Below, one piece after another: positions 56,193 through 64,000 of a DNA stretch of 64,000 nucleotides. The stretch's first letter is position 1. Each line of letters starts with the position of its first letter. The notes below the pieces were generated by a model. It was not told the origin of the DNA and did not search any database. It worked only from the letters and a program-made list of their open reading frames with translations. This stretch comes from an uncultured Candidatus Berkelbacteria bacterium (GTDB taxonomy: Bacteria > Patescibacteriota > UBA1384 > UBA12157 > JAENIV01), in contig OY969116.1 in assembly GCA_963698075.1 (NCBI GenBank), forward strand, positions 862,131 through 926,130, written 5' to 3'. The position numbers and the translations under genes were made by a program.

Positions 56193-56560
56193 AAGGCGTG
56201 GCAGAAAAGGTTTTATCCGGCCAAAAATCCGTCGAAATAAGACTCAGCCAGAATCAAATTGCCCCCTATTTAGAAGTTCAAAAAAAAGACGAGATTCTCT
56301 TGAAAATTTCCGGCGGCAAAATAATTGGCAAAGCAATCGTGGATAATTGTTTATATTACGAAATTTCTAATCAAATAACAGTTAATATGCTTCGAGAAAA
56401 TTATCGAGAAGAGGCCGCCATGGATGAAAAATTCTGGGATACTCATAGGAATGCTCGCTTTGCCACGGTAATCTTTCTTAAAAAACCAACCAAATTTTTA
56501 ATGCCCGTGGTCTTCAAGAAACGTGATCGAAGGCCATGGGTCGTGATGGAGGAGAAATGA
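56162..56560 (+). CDS. ASCH/PUA-like domain protein
   Basis: VLSGQKSVEIR (GxKxxExR). Confidence 0.7.
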   Translation: MARRHLAIFLKGVAEKVLSGQKSVEIRLSQNQIAPYLEVQKKDEILLKISGGKIIGKAIVDNCLYYEISNQITVNMLRENYREEAAMDEKFWDTHRNARFATVIFLKKPTKFLMPVVFKKRDRRPWVVMEEK

Positions 56561-57585
56561 CACGCATGCAAATAGCTATTAATGGTTTTGGTCGAATTGG
56601 CCGAACTTTTTTTCGCGCCGCTTATGCGTTGCATCCGAAAGAATTTAACATCGTTGCTGTTAATGATTTGGGTGATATTGAAACACTGGCGCATTTATTA
56701 AAATATGATTCTTCCTACGGCGAGTTTGCCGGTCAAGTCAAAGTTAAGGGTGATAAATTAATGGTCGATGACAAGGAAATTACGGTCTTATCAGAAAAAG
56801 AGCCTGCCAATTTACCTTGGAAAGATTTAGGGGTGGATCTGGTCATCGAGTCCACCGGCGTCTTTACCGATCGCGAAGCCGCCTCTGCCCACGTCAAAGC
56901 TGGCGCCAAAAATGTGATTATCACCGCACCAGCCGAAGGTGAGAAACCAATCAAAACGATTATTTTGGGCGTCAATGAAGAAGAGTTTAATCCAAGTGAG
57001 GATATTTTATCGATGGCCTCCTGCACGACGAATGCCCTGGCGCCAGTGGCTGATGTTTTGCATAAAAATTTCGGCGTTCTAAAATCATCAATGACGACAA
57101 TCCATTCTTATACGATGGACCAACGTTTACAAGATGATGCTCACAAAGATCTTCGTCGTGCCCGGGCAGCTAGCTTATCAATCATTCCCACCACCACTGG
57201 AGCAACGATCGCTGCCACCGCCGTTATTCCTGACTTAAAAAACAAAATGAATGGGATTTCTTATCGAGTACCGACAGCCACCGTCTCTTTACTGGAATTC
57301 GTTGCTTTAGTCTCAAAGAACGTGACTGTCGAAGAGGTTAACGCGGCTTACAAGAATGCCGCCGATGATCCCAAAACCCAAGGAGCGATTGCCGTTTCAA
57401 ATAAACCCTTGGTTAGCGCTGATTTTAAAGGTGATCCTCACGGGGCCATCATCGACCTCTTGTCAACTCAGGTAATTGATGGTAATCTTGTAAGAGTAGT
57501 GGCTTGGTATGATAATGAATTGGGGTATTCCTACCGTTTAGCAGAATTTTGCAAATATATAGAAGAAAAAACCATAAGGAGTTAA
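56557..57585 (+). CDS. gap: Glyceraldehyde-3-phosphate dehydrogenase type I
   Basis: INGFGRIGR, ASCTTN, WYDNE. Confidence 0.96.
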   Translation: MTRMQIAINGFGRIGRTFFRAAYALHPKEFNIVAVNDLGDIETLAHLLKYDSSYGEFAGQVKVKGDKLMVDDKEITVLSEKEPANLPWKDLGVDLVIESTGVFTDREAASAHVKAGAKNVIITAPAEGEKPIKTIILGVNEEEFNPSEDILSMASCTTNALAPVADVLHKNFGVLKSSMTTIHSYTMDQRLQDDAHKDLRRARAASLSIIPTTTGATIAATAVIPDLKNKMNGISYRVPTATVSLLEFVALVSKNVTVEEVNAAYKNAADDPKTQGAIAVSNKPLVSADFKGDPHGAIIDLLSTQVIDGNLVRVVAWYDNELGYSYRLAEFCKYIEEKTIRS

Positions 57586-58002
57586 ATGCGTAAAGATTGG
57601 ATTTTAATTGGTATTATTGGGCTGATTTTAATTGTCGGTCTGGGATTAATTGGCTATCTTAAATTATCCAAAAAACAAGTCATTGCCAATCCCGAACCCT
57701 CTGCCTCTGGCCAAGCAATTGCCGGTGCTGTCACAGCCGAATATTTTAGCGAAGATGCCAAAGTTATGTATTTTTATTCTGATTTCTGTCATTGGTGTCA
57801 GAAAGAAATGTCAGACGTTTTGCCTGATTTAGGCAAGGAAGGTTATCGTCTAAAACCAATGGACGTCGCGACCAACCCAAATTTAGGGAACCAATATAAT
57901 ATCACTGGTACGCCCACGTTTGTGGCCGCCAATGGTGATCGATTAGTTGGTTATCAAGAAGCCGCCGCTTTAAAAGCTTTTCTTGATCAACATAAAGAAT
58001 AA
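57586..58002 (+). CDS. Membrane-anchored thioredoxin-fold protein
   Basis: N-terminal TM, CHWC, GTPTF. Confidence 0.85.
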   Translation: MRKDWILIGIIGLILIVGLGLIGYLKLSKKQVIANPEPSASGQAIAGAVTAEYFSEDAKVMYFYSDFCHWCQKEMSDVLPDLGKEGYRLKPMDVATNPNLGNQYNITGTPTFVAANGDRLVGYQEAAALKAFLDQHKE

Positions 58003-58031
58003 AATTTTTTAAAAAATAAACCGACAAAAAA

Positions 58032-58232
58032 ATGCAGAAACTTAAAAAGGGCCAGCGAATTACAATTGGATTGATAATTTTGGCTATGGGCACTCTTATT
58101 TTGGGGGCTGATCGTCTTTTTGTTTCCGCCGACAACGCCAATTACGGTCAATCAATGACAGTTTTAACCATTGTTGCTCTTTTTTTCTTTTTGATTGCCG
58201 CCATTTGGCTTTTTAGAACAACATTCGATTAG
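58032..58232 (+). CDS. Small two-TM membrane protein
   Basis: 66 aa, two hydrophobic segments. Confidence 0.6.
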   Translation: MQKLKKGQRITIGLIILAMGTLILGADRLFVSADNANYGQSMTVLTIVALFFFLIAAIWLFRTTFD

Positions 58233-58249
58233 TTCGATAAAGAGGGTTA

Positions 58250-59662
58250 ATGGCAGTGGAAATCAATGAAAAAAACTTTGAAATAAAACCTCGTCAAAAT
58301 GTTCTCCAGAGTCAAAAATGTCAAAATTTTCGCGATTTTGAAGACGTAGCGCTTTCTCGCGATGAATCAAAATGTATTGGCTGCGGCCTTTGCCGAACCG
58401 CATGTTTGGAATACAACAATTTGGGTATTCCAGTGGAGACAAAAGTTGGTGATTGTACCTATTTCCGTCCAGATGGGAAATTAAAGGTTTCCGAAAGCAA
58501 TTGTACTCGTTGCGGCCAGTGTGTCATGGCTTGTCCAACAGGGACCTTGCAAGAAAAAGATAATATTGAGGATGTAAAAAAAGCCCTCGCTGATCCTGAT
58601 AAAATTGTTGTGGCCCAAACCGCACCTTCTTCAAGAGTCAGTCTGGCCGAAAGTTTTGGCGGCGCGCCGGGAGAGATTTTGGAAGGACAGATGGTAGCTG
58701 CTTTAAAAAAACTCGGCTTTGATTACGTTTTTGATGTTAATTTGGGAGCAGATTTTACCACTTTTGAGGAGGCATATGATCTCAAAGACCGAATTGAGGA
58801 GGGGACGATTCCTCTTTTTACTTCTTGTTGCCCAGCACGGGTAAAATATATTGAAGATTTCCACAAAGACTTGATTGGCAATATTACTTCAGTCCGTTCG
58901 CCTCAGCAATGCCTGGCAGTTTTAATTAACACTTATTTTGCTCAAAAACTTAAATTAGATTATAAAAAAATTATTGTGGTCTCGATTATGCCTTGTATCG
59001 CCAAAAAATTTGAATCGCGGCGCGAAGGCGAAGATAAATCCGGCTACTGGGATGTTGATTGGGTTTTAACCACGCGCGAATTTATTAAAATGGTTAAAGA
59101 AGCGAATATCGATTTAAAAAATATTGAGCCGTCTAAATTTGATTCGCCGTTGGGTGAGGCATCTGGCGCCGGGGCAATCTACGGCGCCGCCGGCGGGGTG
59201 ATGGAATCAGCCATCCGCACTTTTGCCGACATTTTTCATAATGAAAAAATTGATAAAATCGATTACCAAGAATTCCGCGGGATGGAAGGAATTAAAAAAG
59301 CGACAATCAATATCGGCGGCAAAGATATTAAAATTGCTGTTGCTACAGGACTAGCCAACGCGGAAAAAATAATTGCGGAAATAAAACATGGTGAAGTTTA
59401 TCATTACATTGAAGTCATGGCTTGCCCCGGTGGTTGTGTTGGCGGCGGCGGCCAGCCCAAACCGCAAACCCTAGAAATTATTAATAAAAGACGAGAAGCT
59501 TTATATGAAATTGATAAAAAATTATCCATCCGCAAAGCCCACGAAAATCCGGTGCTCCAACAAGTTTATAAAGAATTTTTAGGCTGTCCCGGCTCGGAAT
59601 TAGCCCAAAAATATTTACATACCAATTACAATGTGAGGCAAGCGAGGATTTGTAAAATTTAG
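58250..59662 (+). CDS. [FeFe]-hydrogenase, monomeric, 2x[4Fe-4S] ferredoxin domain plus H-cluster domain
   Basis: CIGCGLC..C, CTRCGQC..CP; TSCCP, MPCIAKKFE, EVMACPGGCVGGGGQP. Confidence 0.93.
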   Translation: MAVEINEKNFEIKPRQNVLQSQKCQNFRDFEDVALSRDESKCIGCGLCRTACLEYNNLGIPVETKVGDCTYFRPDGKLKVSESNCTRCGQCVMACPTGTLQEKDNIEDVKKALADPDKIVVAQTAPSSRVSLAESFGGAPGEILEGQMVAALKKLGFDYVFDVNLGADFTTFEEAYDLKDRIEEGTIPLFTSCCPARVKYIEDFHKDLIGNITSVRSPQQCLAVLINTYFAQKLKLDYKKIIVVSIMPCIAKKFESRREGEDKSGYWDVDWVLTTREFIKMVKEANIDLKNIEPSKFDSPLGEASGAGAIYGAAGGVMESAIRTFADIFHNEKIDKIDYQEFRGMEGIKKATINIGGKDIKIAVATGLANAEKIIAEIKHGEVYHYIEVMACPGGCVGGGGQPKPQTLEIINKRREALYEIDKKLSIRKAHENPVLQQVYKEFLGCPGSELAQKYLHTNYNVRQARICKI

Positions 59663-59668
59663 GAAAAT

Positions 59669-60193
59669 ATGGCCAAAGTAAAAACTCAAGTTATAGCCAA
59701 AGTCAAATGGGAATCAATTGTGTGGTTTGTAGGATTAATGGCGGTCGTGGCGGTTTTGCCGCACTATGTCCACAATCAATTCATCACCGGGCCGATTGTT
59801 AATGCGGTTTTGTTTATCGCAGTAGTAACATTGGGTGTCGGCAACGCAATATTAATTGGTCTAATTCCATCAGTCGTCGCTTTAATATCGGGATTACTGC
59901 CAGTGCCGCTGGCGCCAATGGTGCCGTTTATAATGATTTCTAACGCAATAATGATTTTAACATTCTCGTATTTTAGAAAAGTAAATTTCTGGGGCGGGGT
60001 TATAGGCGGAACTTTATTTAAGTATGCATTTTTGTATTTAACCTCGACAATCGTGGTTGGTTTAATATCGAATCATAATATTGGCTTGAAAGCCGCGGCT
60101 ACCATGATGGCTTGGCCACAAATCGTGACTGCGATCGCTGGTGGCGTGATTGCGTTTGGGATTTTGAAAATAACTTCTAGGGATTTGAAATAA
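59669..60193 (+). CDS. ECF S-component-like membrane protein
   Basis: ~6 TM; QFITGPIVNAVL, PFIMISN, PQIVTAIAGG. Confidence 0.6.
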   Translation: MAKVKTQVIAKVKWESIVWFVGLMAVVAVLPHYVHNQFITGPIVNAVLFIAVVTLGVGNAILIGLIPSVVALISGLLPVPLAPMVPFIMISNAIMILTFSYFRKVNFWGGVIGGTLFKYAFLYLTSTIVVGLISNHNIGLKAAATMMAWPQIVTAIAGGVIAFGILKITSRDLK

Positions 60194-60214
60194 AAATATC
60201 ACGGAGGAGGCAAT

Positions 60215-60571
60215 ATGCTCGAAGATTTGGTTTTTGTTTCAATTTTCTCATTACTTTTTGGGGTACCAGCTTTAGTAATTTTTTATCTTATTGCCCGAAG
60301 TAGTCCTGGTAATCAAAATATTAATTCTTTTAGTATCCAGGGAATGTTCAAGTTGCTTGCGGAAATAGTCGGCCTCTACTTACTTTTTTGTTCAATTTAT
60401 TTAGCGGTTGTAACAGTTCTTGCATTACCTGGCATTCAAGGCACAGAGGGATTTTCTGCTGTTTTTCTGCTTGGTGGAGATGTAGTAGCATTTATTGTTA
60501 CTATATTAATGACGGTGATATCATTTAGATTAAAAATTGGGCCCAAAGATACCAACATAAACCAAGGATAA
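60215..60571 (+). CDS. Three-TM hypothetical protein
   Basis: GGAGG SD, hydrophobic. Confidence 0.65.
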   Translation: MLEDLVFVSIFSLLFGVPALVIFYLIARSSPGNQNINSFSIQGMFKLLAEIVGLYLLFCSIYLAVVTVLALPGIQGTEGFSAVFLLGGDVVAFIVTILMTVISFRLKIGPKDTNINQG

Positions 60572-60594
60572 TGACTTTGGAGTTCTAAGACTCT

Positions 60595-61770
60595 ATGAAA
60601 AAAATTCAAGAAGCACAAATTGAAGGAAGGAATATTTTAGTGCGCATTGACACCGATGTGCCGATGGCAAAAGAATGGACTGATGGTCAGACGCGGGAGA
60701 TTTTAGATGACGAGCGCCTGCGCGCCTCTATTCCTACTATCAGATATTTGTTAGAAAAAGACGCCAAAAAAATTGCGATTATGGGCCACGTTGGTCAACC
60801 GAAAGGCGTTGATCTAAATTTTAGTTTGTGGCCAATAGCTAATCAATTATCAGTGCTCTTGGGCTATAAAACCGAATTTTTCAAGCCACAGCTAAACTAT
60901 TGTCTCGATGAAAAAATCATCATTTATGAAAACATGCGTTTTGATCCACGAGAAGAAAAAAACGATCCTGGTCTCGCCCAAGACTTAGCCAAAAATCAAG
61001 ATTTTTTTGTTCAAGATGCTTTTGCCAGTTGTCATCGCGCTCACGCCTCAACCGTTGGAGTGGCAAAATTATTGCCTTCTTACGCCGGGATGGCCGTTCA
61101 AAAAGAAGTGGAAAATCTTTCTCAAGTTATTGCCAGTCCCGCCGAAGGTTGCACCATCATTATTGGTGGTAAAAAAACCGAAGATAAATTACCAATGATT
61201 GCCAACCTTTTAGGCAAGGCGGAAAATTTTTTGATCGGCGGAGTGGTTGCCAATACTTTTTTAGCGGCCAAGGGCTATAATTTGGGAAAATCGCTGATTG
61301 AGACGGAAGTTTTATCTAAGGCAAGAGAAATTTTACAAAAATTTGCCAGCAACCCTTCAAAAAAATTATTAATGCCGGTTGATTTAATATTTTCCAGGTC
61401 GAAAGATATGCCCGTAGATTTAAGACATGAAAATATTGAAGATCTAAATAATATCGATGATTTTTTTGCCGTCGATATCGGGGCGGAGACTACCGCCAAT
61501 TTTCTCGTCACTATCAAAAATTCAAGGACGATTTTTTGGAACGGCAATTTAGGCGTTTCTGAAGTTGAAGAATTTCGGAAAAATACTTGGAAAATTGCCG
61601 AGGCGATTGCCAATTCTCGAGCTCAAAAATACGCTGGCGGCGGTGATACCAGCTCTTTTATTCGCCAAGTGGGCTTGGAAAATAATTTCGATTTTATCTC
61701 CAACGGCGGCGGTGCCACCCTCGAATTTTTGGCCGGTAAACCCCTGCCGGGACTGGAAGTTTTGGAATAA
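60595..61770 (+). CDS. pgk: Phosphoglycerate kinase
   Basis: VRID.DVP, ENMRF, DAFASCHRAHAS, WNG, GGGD, GGGATLEFL. Confidence 0.95.
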   Translation: MKKIQEAQIEGRNILVRIDTDVPMAKEWTDGQTREILDDERLRASIPTIRYLLEKDAKKIAIMGHVGQPKGVDLNFSLWPIANQLSVLLGYKTEFFKPQLNYCLDEKIIIYENMRFDPREEKNDPGLAQDLAKNQDFFVQDAFASCHRAHASTVGVAKLLPSYAGMAVQKEVENLSQVIASPAEGCTIIIGGKKTEDKLPMIANLLGKAENFLIGGVVANTFLAAKGYNLGKSLIETEVLSKAREILQKFASNPSKKLLMPVDLIFSRSKDMPVDLRHENIEDLNNIDDFFAVDIGAETTANFLVTIKNSRTIFWNGNLGVSEVEEFRKNTWKIAEAIANSRAQKYAGGGDTSSFIRQVGLENNFDFISNGGGATLEFLAGKPLPGLEVLE

Positions 61771-61953
61771 TCGCTCGCCAGTATCCGTCAAAAGATGCCG
61801 GCACTACTTCGACTCCAGCGCGTCGAAGGTGCCTGCTATCTCGGCCAAAAAGTCGCCTGCGGCGACACCATGCTTTTTGGCCTGCGATGGCCACTTTTGA
61901 GGACACTTGGCTTCGCTTTACATAAGAAAAAAAATTGTATATAATATAGTTCT

Positions 61954-63153
61954 ATGGAAATAAAAAAAGAAGATTTACCAAAGTCAAAAGCTAAACTCAC
62001 CATTAAGGTCTCGTCACCGGAAATGCGGGGATTTTTTGCCCGTACTTATAATAAAATTGCGCCGACGATTGAGATTAAAGGTTTTCGGAAAGGGATGGCG
62101 CCGCGTTCAATGACGATTGTCGCCATCGGCGAAAACCGTCTACAGCAAGAAATTATTGACCTAACCTTACGAGAAACTTTCACTGAGGCGCTCAAAAAAG
62201 AAAATCTTATTCCTATCGCATCGCCCAAAATCAATATCAAGATGCTCAAAGATTTAACCGCTGATACCGCTGCCCTCGAATATGAAGCGGAAATTGATTT
62301 ATTGCCAGAAGTTAAACTTGGTGATTACAAAAAAATCAAAATTCAAAGTTCAAAAATCATGCCTCGCGCAGCTGGCAAAATGGAAGTCAGCCAAGACGAG
62401 ATAGATCAGGTTTTATCGCACCTGGCTCGAACGCGGGCCGAGTTTAAAAATATTAGCTGTCCGGTCAAAGAAGGTGACCGTCTCGAAATTAATTTTGAAG
62501 GTTTGGAAAAGGGTGTGAAATTAGAGAATCTTTCGAGCCAAAACTATCCGGTAATTTTGGGCAGTAAAGTTTTGATTCCCGAATTTGAAGCCAAATTAAT
62601 TGGTCTTAAAAAGGGCGATAAAAAAGAATTTAAAGTGATGATGGCGCCAACAGCCAATGATAAAAAACGTCCGATCAATTTCAAAGTCGAAATTTTACAG
62701 ACCCAAGAAGTCATTCTGCCGGAGATTAACGATGAGTTCGCCAAAAAATATCAAAAGAAAGATTTGACCGAGCTTAAAAAAGCAATTAAAGAAGACGTAA
62801 TCAAACAGAAAGAACAACAGCAACAGAGAAATCTTGAAAATGCGGTTTTGGAAGAACTCGTTAAAATTACCCAAGTTGATATTTCTGATAGTCTCATCGC
62901 TCAGGAAATTGATCGTCAAATTAATGAGATCCGCTCACGGACGGCGACAATGGGACTCACTTTTGAAAAATATTTGGAAAATTTAAAGAAAACTGAAGGG
63001 GAATTTCGAGAAAGTCTCAAACCTCAAGCGGAAAAAACGATTAAAATTGGTCTAGCTTTGGGCGAGATTATCAAAAAAGAGGGGATGGATTCCAAAGACA
63101 AAGAAGCCGGGAAGAAAGCTTTGGATAAGTTGATCTCTTATGCGATAAAGTAG
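61954..63153 (+). CDS. tig: Trigger factor
   Basis: GFRKGMAP, LIPEFEAKLIG, LPEINDEFA. Confidence 0.92.
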   Translation: MEIKKEDLPKSKAKLTIKVSSPEMRGFFARTYNKIAPTIEIKGFRKGMAPRSMTIVAIGENRLQQEIIDLTLRETFTEALKKENLIPIASPKINIKMLKDLTADTAALEYEAEIDLLPEVKLGDYKKIKIQSSKIMPRAAGKMEVSQDEIDQVLSHLARTRAEFKNISCPVKEGDRLEINFEGLEKGVKLENLSSQNYPVILGSKVLIPEFEAKLIGLKKGDKKEFKVMMAPTANDKKRPINFKVEILQTQEVILPEINDEFAKKYQKKDLTELKKAIKEDVIKQKEQQQQRNLENAVLEELVKITQVDISDSLIAQEIDRQINEIRSRTATMGLTFEKYLENLKKTEGEFRESLKPQAEKTIKIGLALGEIIKKEGMDSKDKEAGKKALDKLISYAIK

Positions 63154-63292
63154 TATCGTTCGCCCCAGCCACGCCAAAACATACCGGGCCTAAAATTTCC
63201 CCAGCGAGGAAATTTGACCCTACGCGCTCGGCCTCGCTCTTGACCGTGCAGCTCGGCCTGCGCGAGTTAGTTTTGGGTGGCATGCGGCTCAC

Positions 63293-63321
63293 TTGACAAA
63301 TCAAGAAATGTAAACTATACT
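63293..63321 (+). promoter_or_regulatory. Sigma70-type promoter of clpP
   Basis: TTGACA-17 bp-TATACT. Confidence 0.7.
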
Positions 63322-63340
63322 TAACATCGAAAAGGAAACA

Positions 63341-63940
63341 ATGAAAGAAGACACAACTAATCAGTATTTAGTGCCGATGGTGCTCGAAAAAAGCCAGTTT
63401 GGCGAACGGGCGTACGATATTTATTCGCGATTGCTTAAAGACCGAATCATTTTTATCGGCGGGCCGATTGATGATGCGGTGGCTAATCTCGTGATGGCGC
63501 AGTTACTTTTCTTGGATGCTGAGGATCCGAAAAAAGATATTTCGATCTATATTAATTCGCCGGGTGGGGTAGTCACCGCCGGAATGGCAATTTATGATAC
63601 AATTCAATATGTTAAAGCTGATGTCTCGACGATTTGTATTGGTCAAGCCGCTTCCGCCGCCGCCATATTATTAACCGCCGGCACTAAAGGCAAACGCTAC
63701 GGCTTGCCTCAGTCTCGAGTGATGATTCATCAAGTGATGGGCGGCGCTGAAGGTCAGGCAACGGACGTTGAAATCCAAACCCGCGAGATTTTGCGAATTA
63801 AAAAAGCCATCAATGAAATCTTGGCCAAACATACCGGTAAAACACTGACAACAATCGAAAAAGACACTGACCGCGATTTCTATATGACGGCCGCTGAAGC
63901 GAAAAAATACGGAATCATCGATCAGGTTATTAAACAGTAG
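63341..63940 (+). CDS. clpP: ATP-dependent Clp protease proteolytic subunit
   Basis: [33 protein letters not shown]. Confidence 0.97.
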   Translation: MKEDTTNQYLVPMVLEKSQFGERAYDIYSRLLKDRIIFIGGPIDDAVANLVMAQLLFLDAEDPKKDISIYINSPGGVVTAGMAIYDTIQYVKADVSTICIGQAASAAAILLTAGTKGKRYGLPQSRVMIHQVMGGAEGQATDVEIQTREILRIKKAINEILAKHTGKTLTTIEKDTDRDFYMTAAEAKKYGIIDQVIKQ

Positions 63941-63947
63941 AAGCCAA

Positions 63948-64000
63948 CCCCGTACAATTCCTTCCTGACTTATTGAATTACATTCAATCACGCAGGAGCG
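63948..64000 (+). repeat. Hairpin element copy, truncated by window end
   Basis: CCCCGTACAATTCCTTCCTGACTTATTGAATTACATTCAATCACGCAGGAGCG, near-identical to 48651 copy. Confidence 0.8.

Noticed and set aside
1-64000. rRNA, tRNA, transposase, integrase, reverse transcriptase or prophage structural genes
   Set aside because: No recognisable motifs found by eye

Overview
A 64-kb chromosomal window that looks like a small-genome Patescibacteria/CPR-type bacterium (inference: short MetG, FolD, EF-Ts, RF1 and UvrC; rpsB-tsf-frr without pyrH; TrmB, LemA-HtpX, CvpA-CAP). The AT-rich backbone carries rsmI, metG, tatD, iscS-iscU, folD, mnmA, ctp protease, rplI, lemA-htpX, ligA, gatCAB, degP-like, prfA, rpmE, rpsB-tsf-frr-rseP, proS, uvrB/uvrA/uvrC, a glycolytic operon (tpiA-fba-pfkB-gap...pgk) with an embedded [FeFe]-hydrogenase, tig and clpP. 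Interspersed are visibly GC-richer orphan genes with their own promoters, SDs and terminators. No rRNA, tRNA, CRISPR array, transposase or integrase was recognised. Most notable unexplained structure: (1) a 12-23 bp motif AGCCGATTTGAC repeated five times at gene 3' boundaries, delimiting cassette-like genes and forming a 20-bp direct repeat around one orphan; (2) three tandem copies of the uvrA 5' end, two interrupted by a ~70-bp covarying hairpin element with further copies elsewhere; (3) a ~460-nt fold-back structured region encoding a 21-aa hydrophobic peptide upstream of uvrB; (4) many in-frame palindromic/heptamer insertions in essential genes; (5) a Phd/YefM-like CxxC protein heading iscSU. 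All calls are by eye, without database searches.
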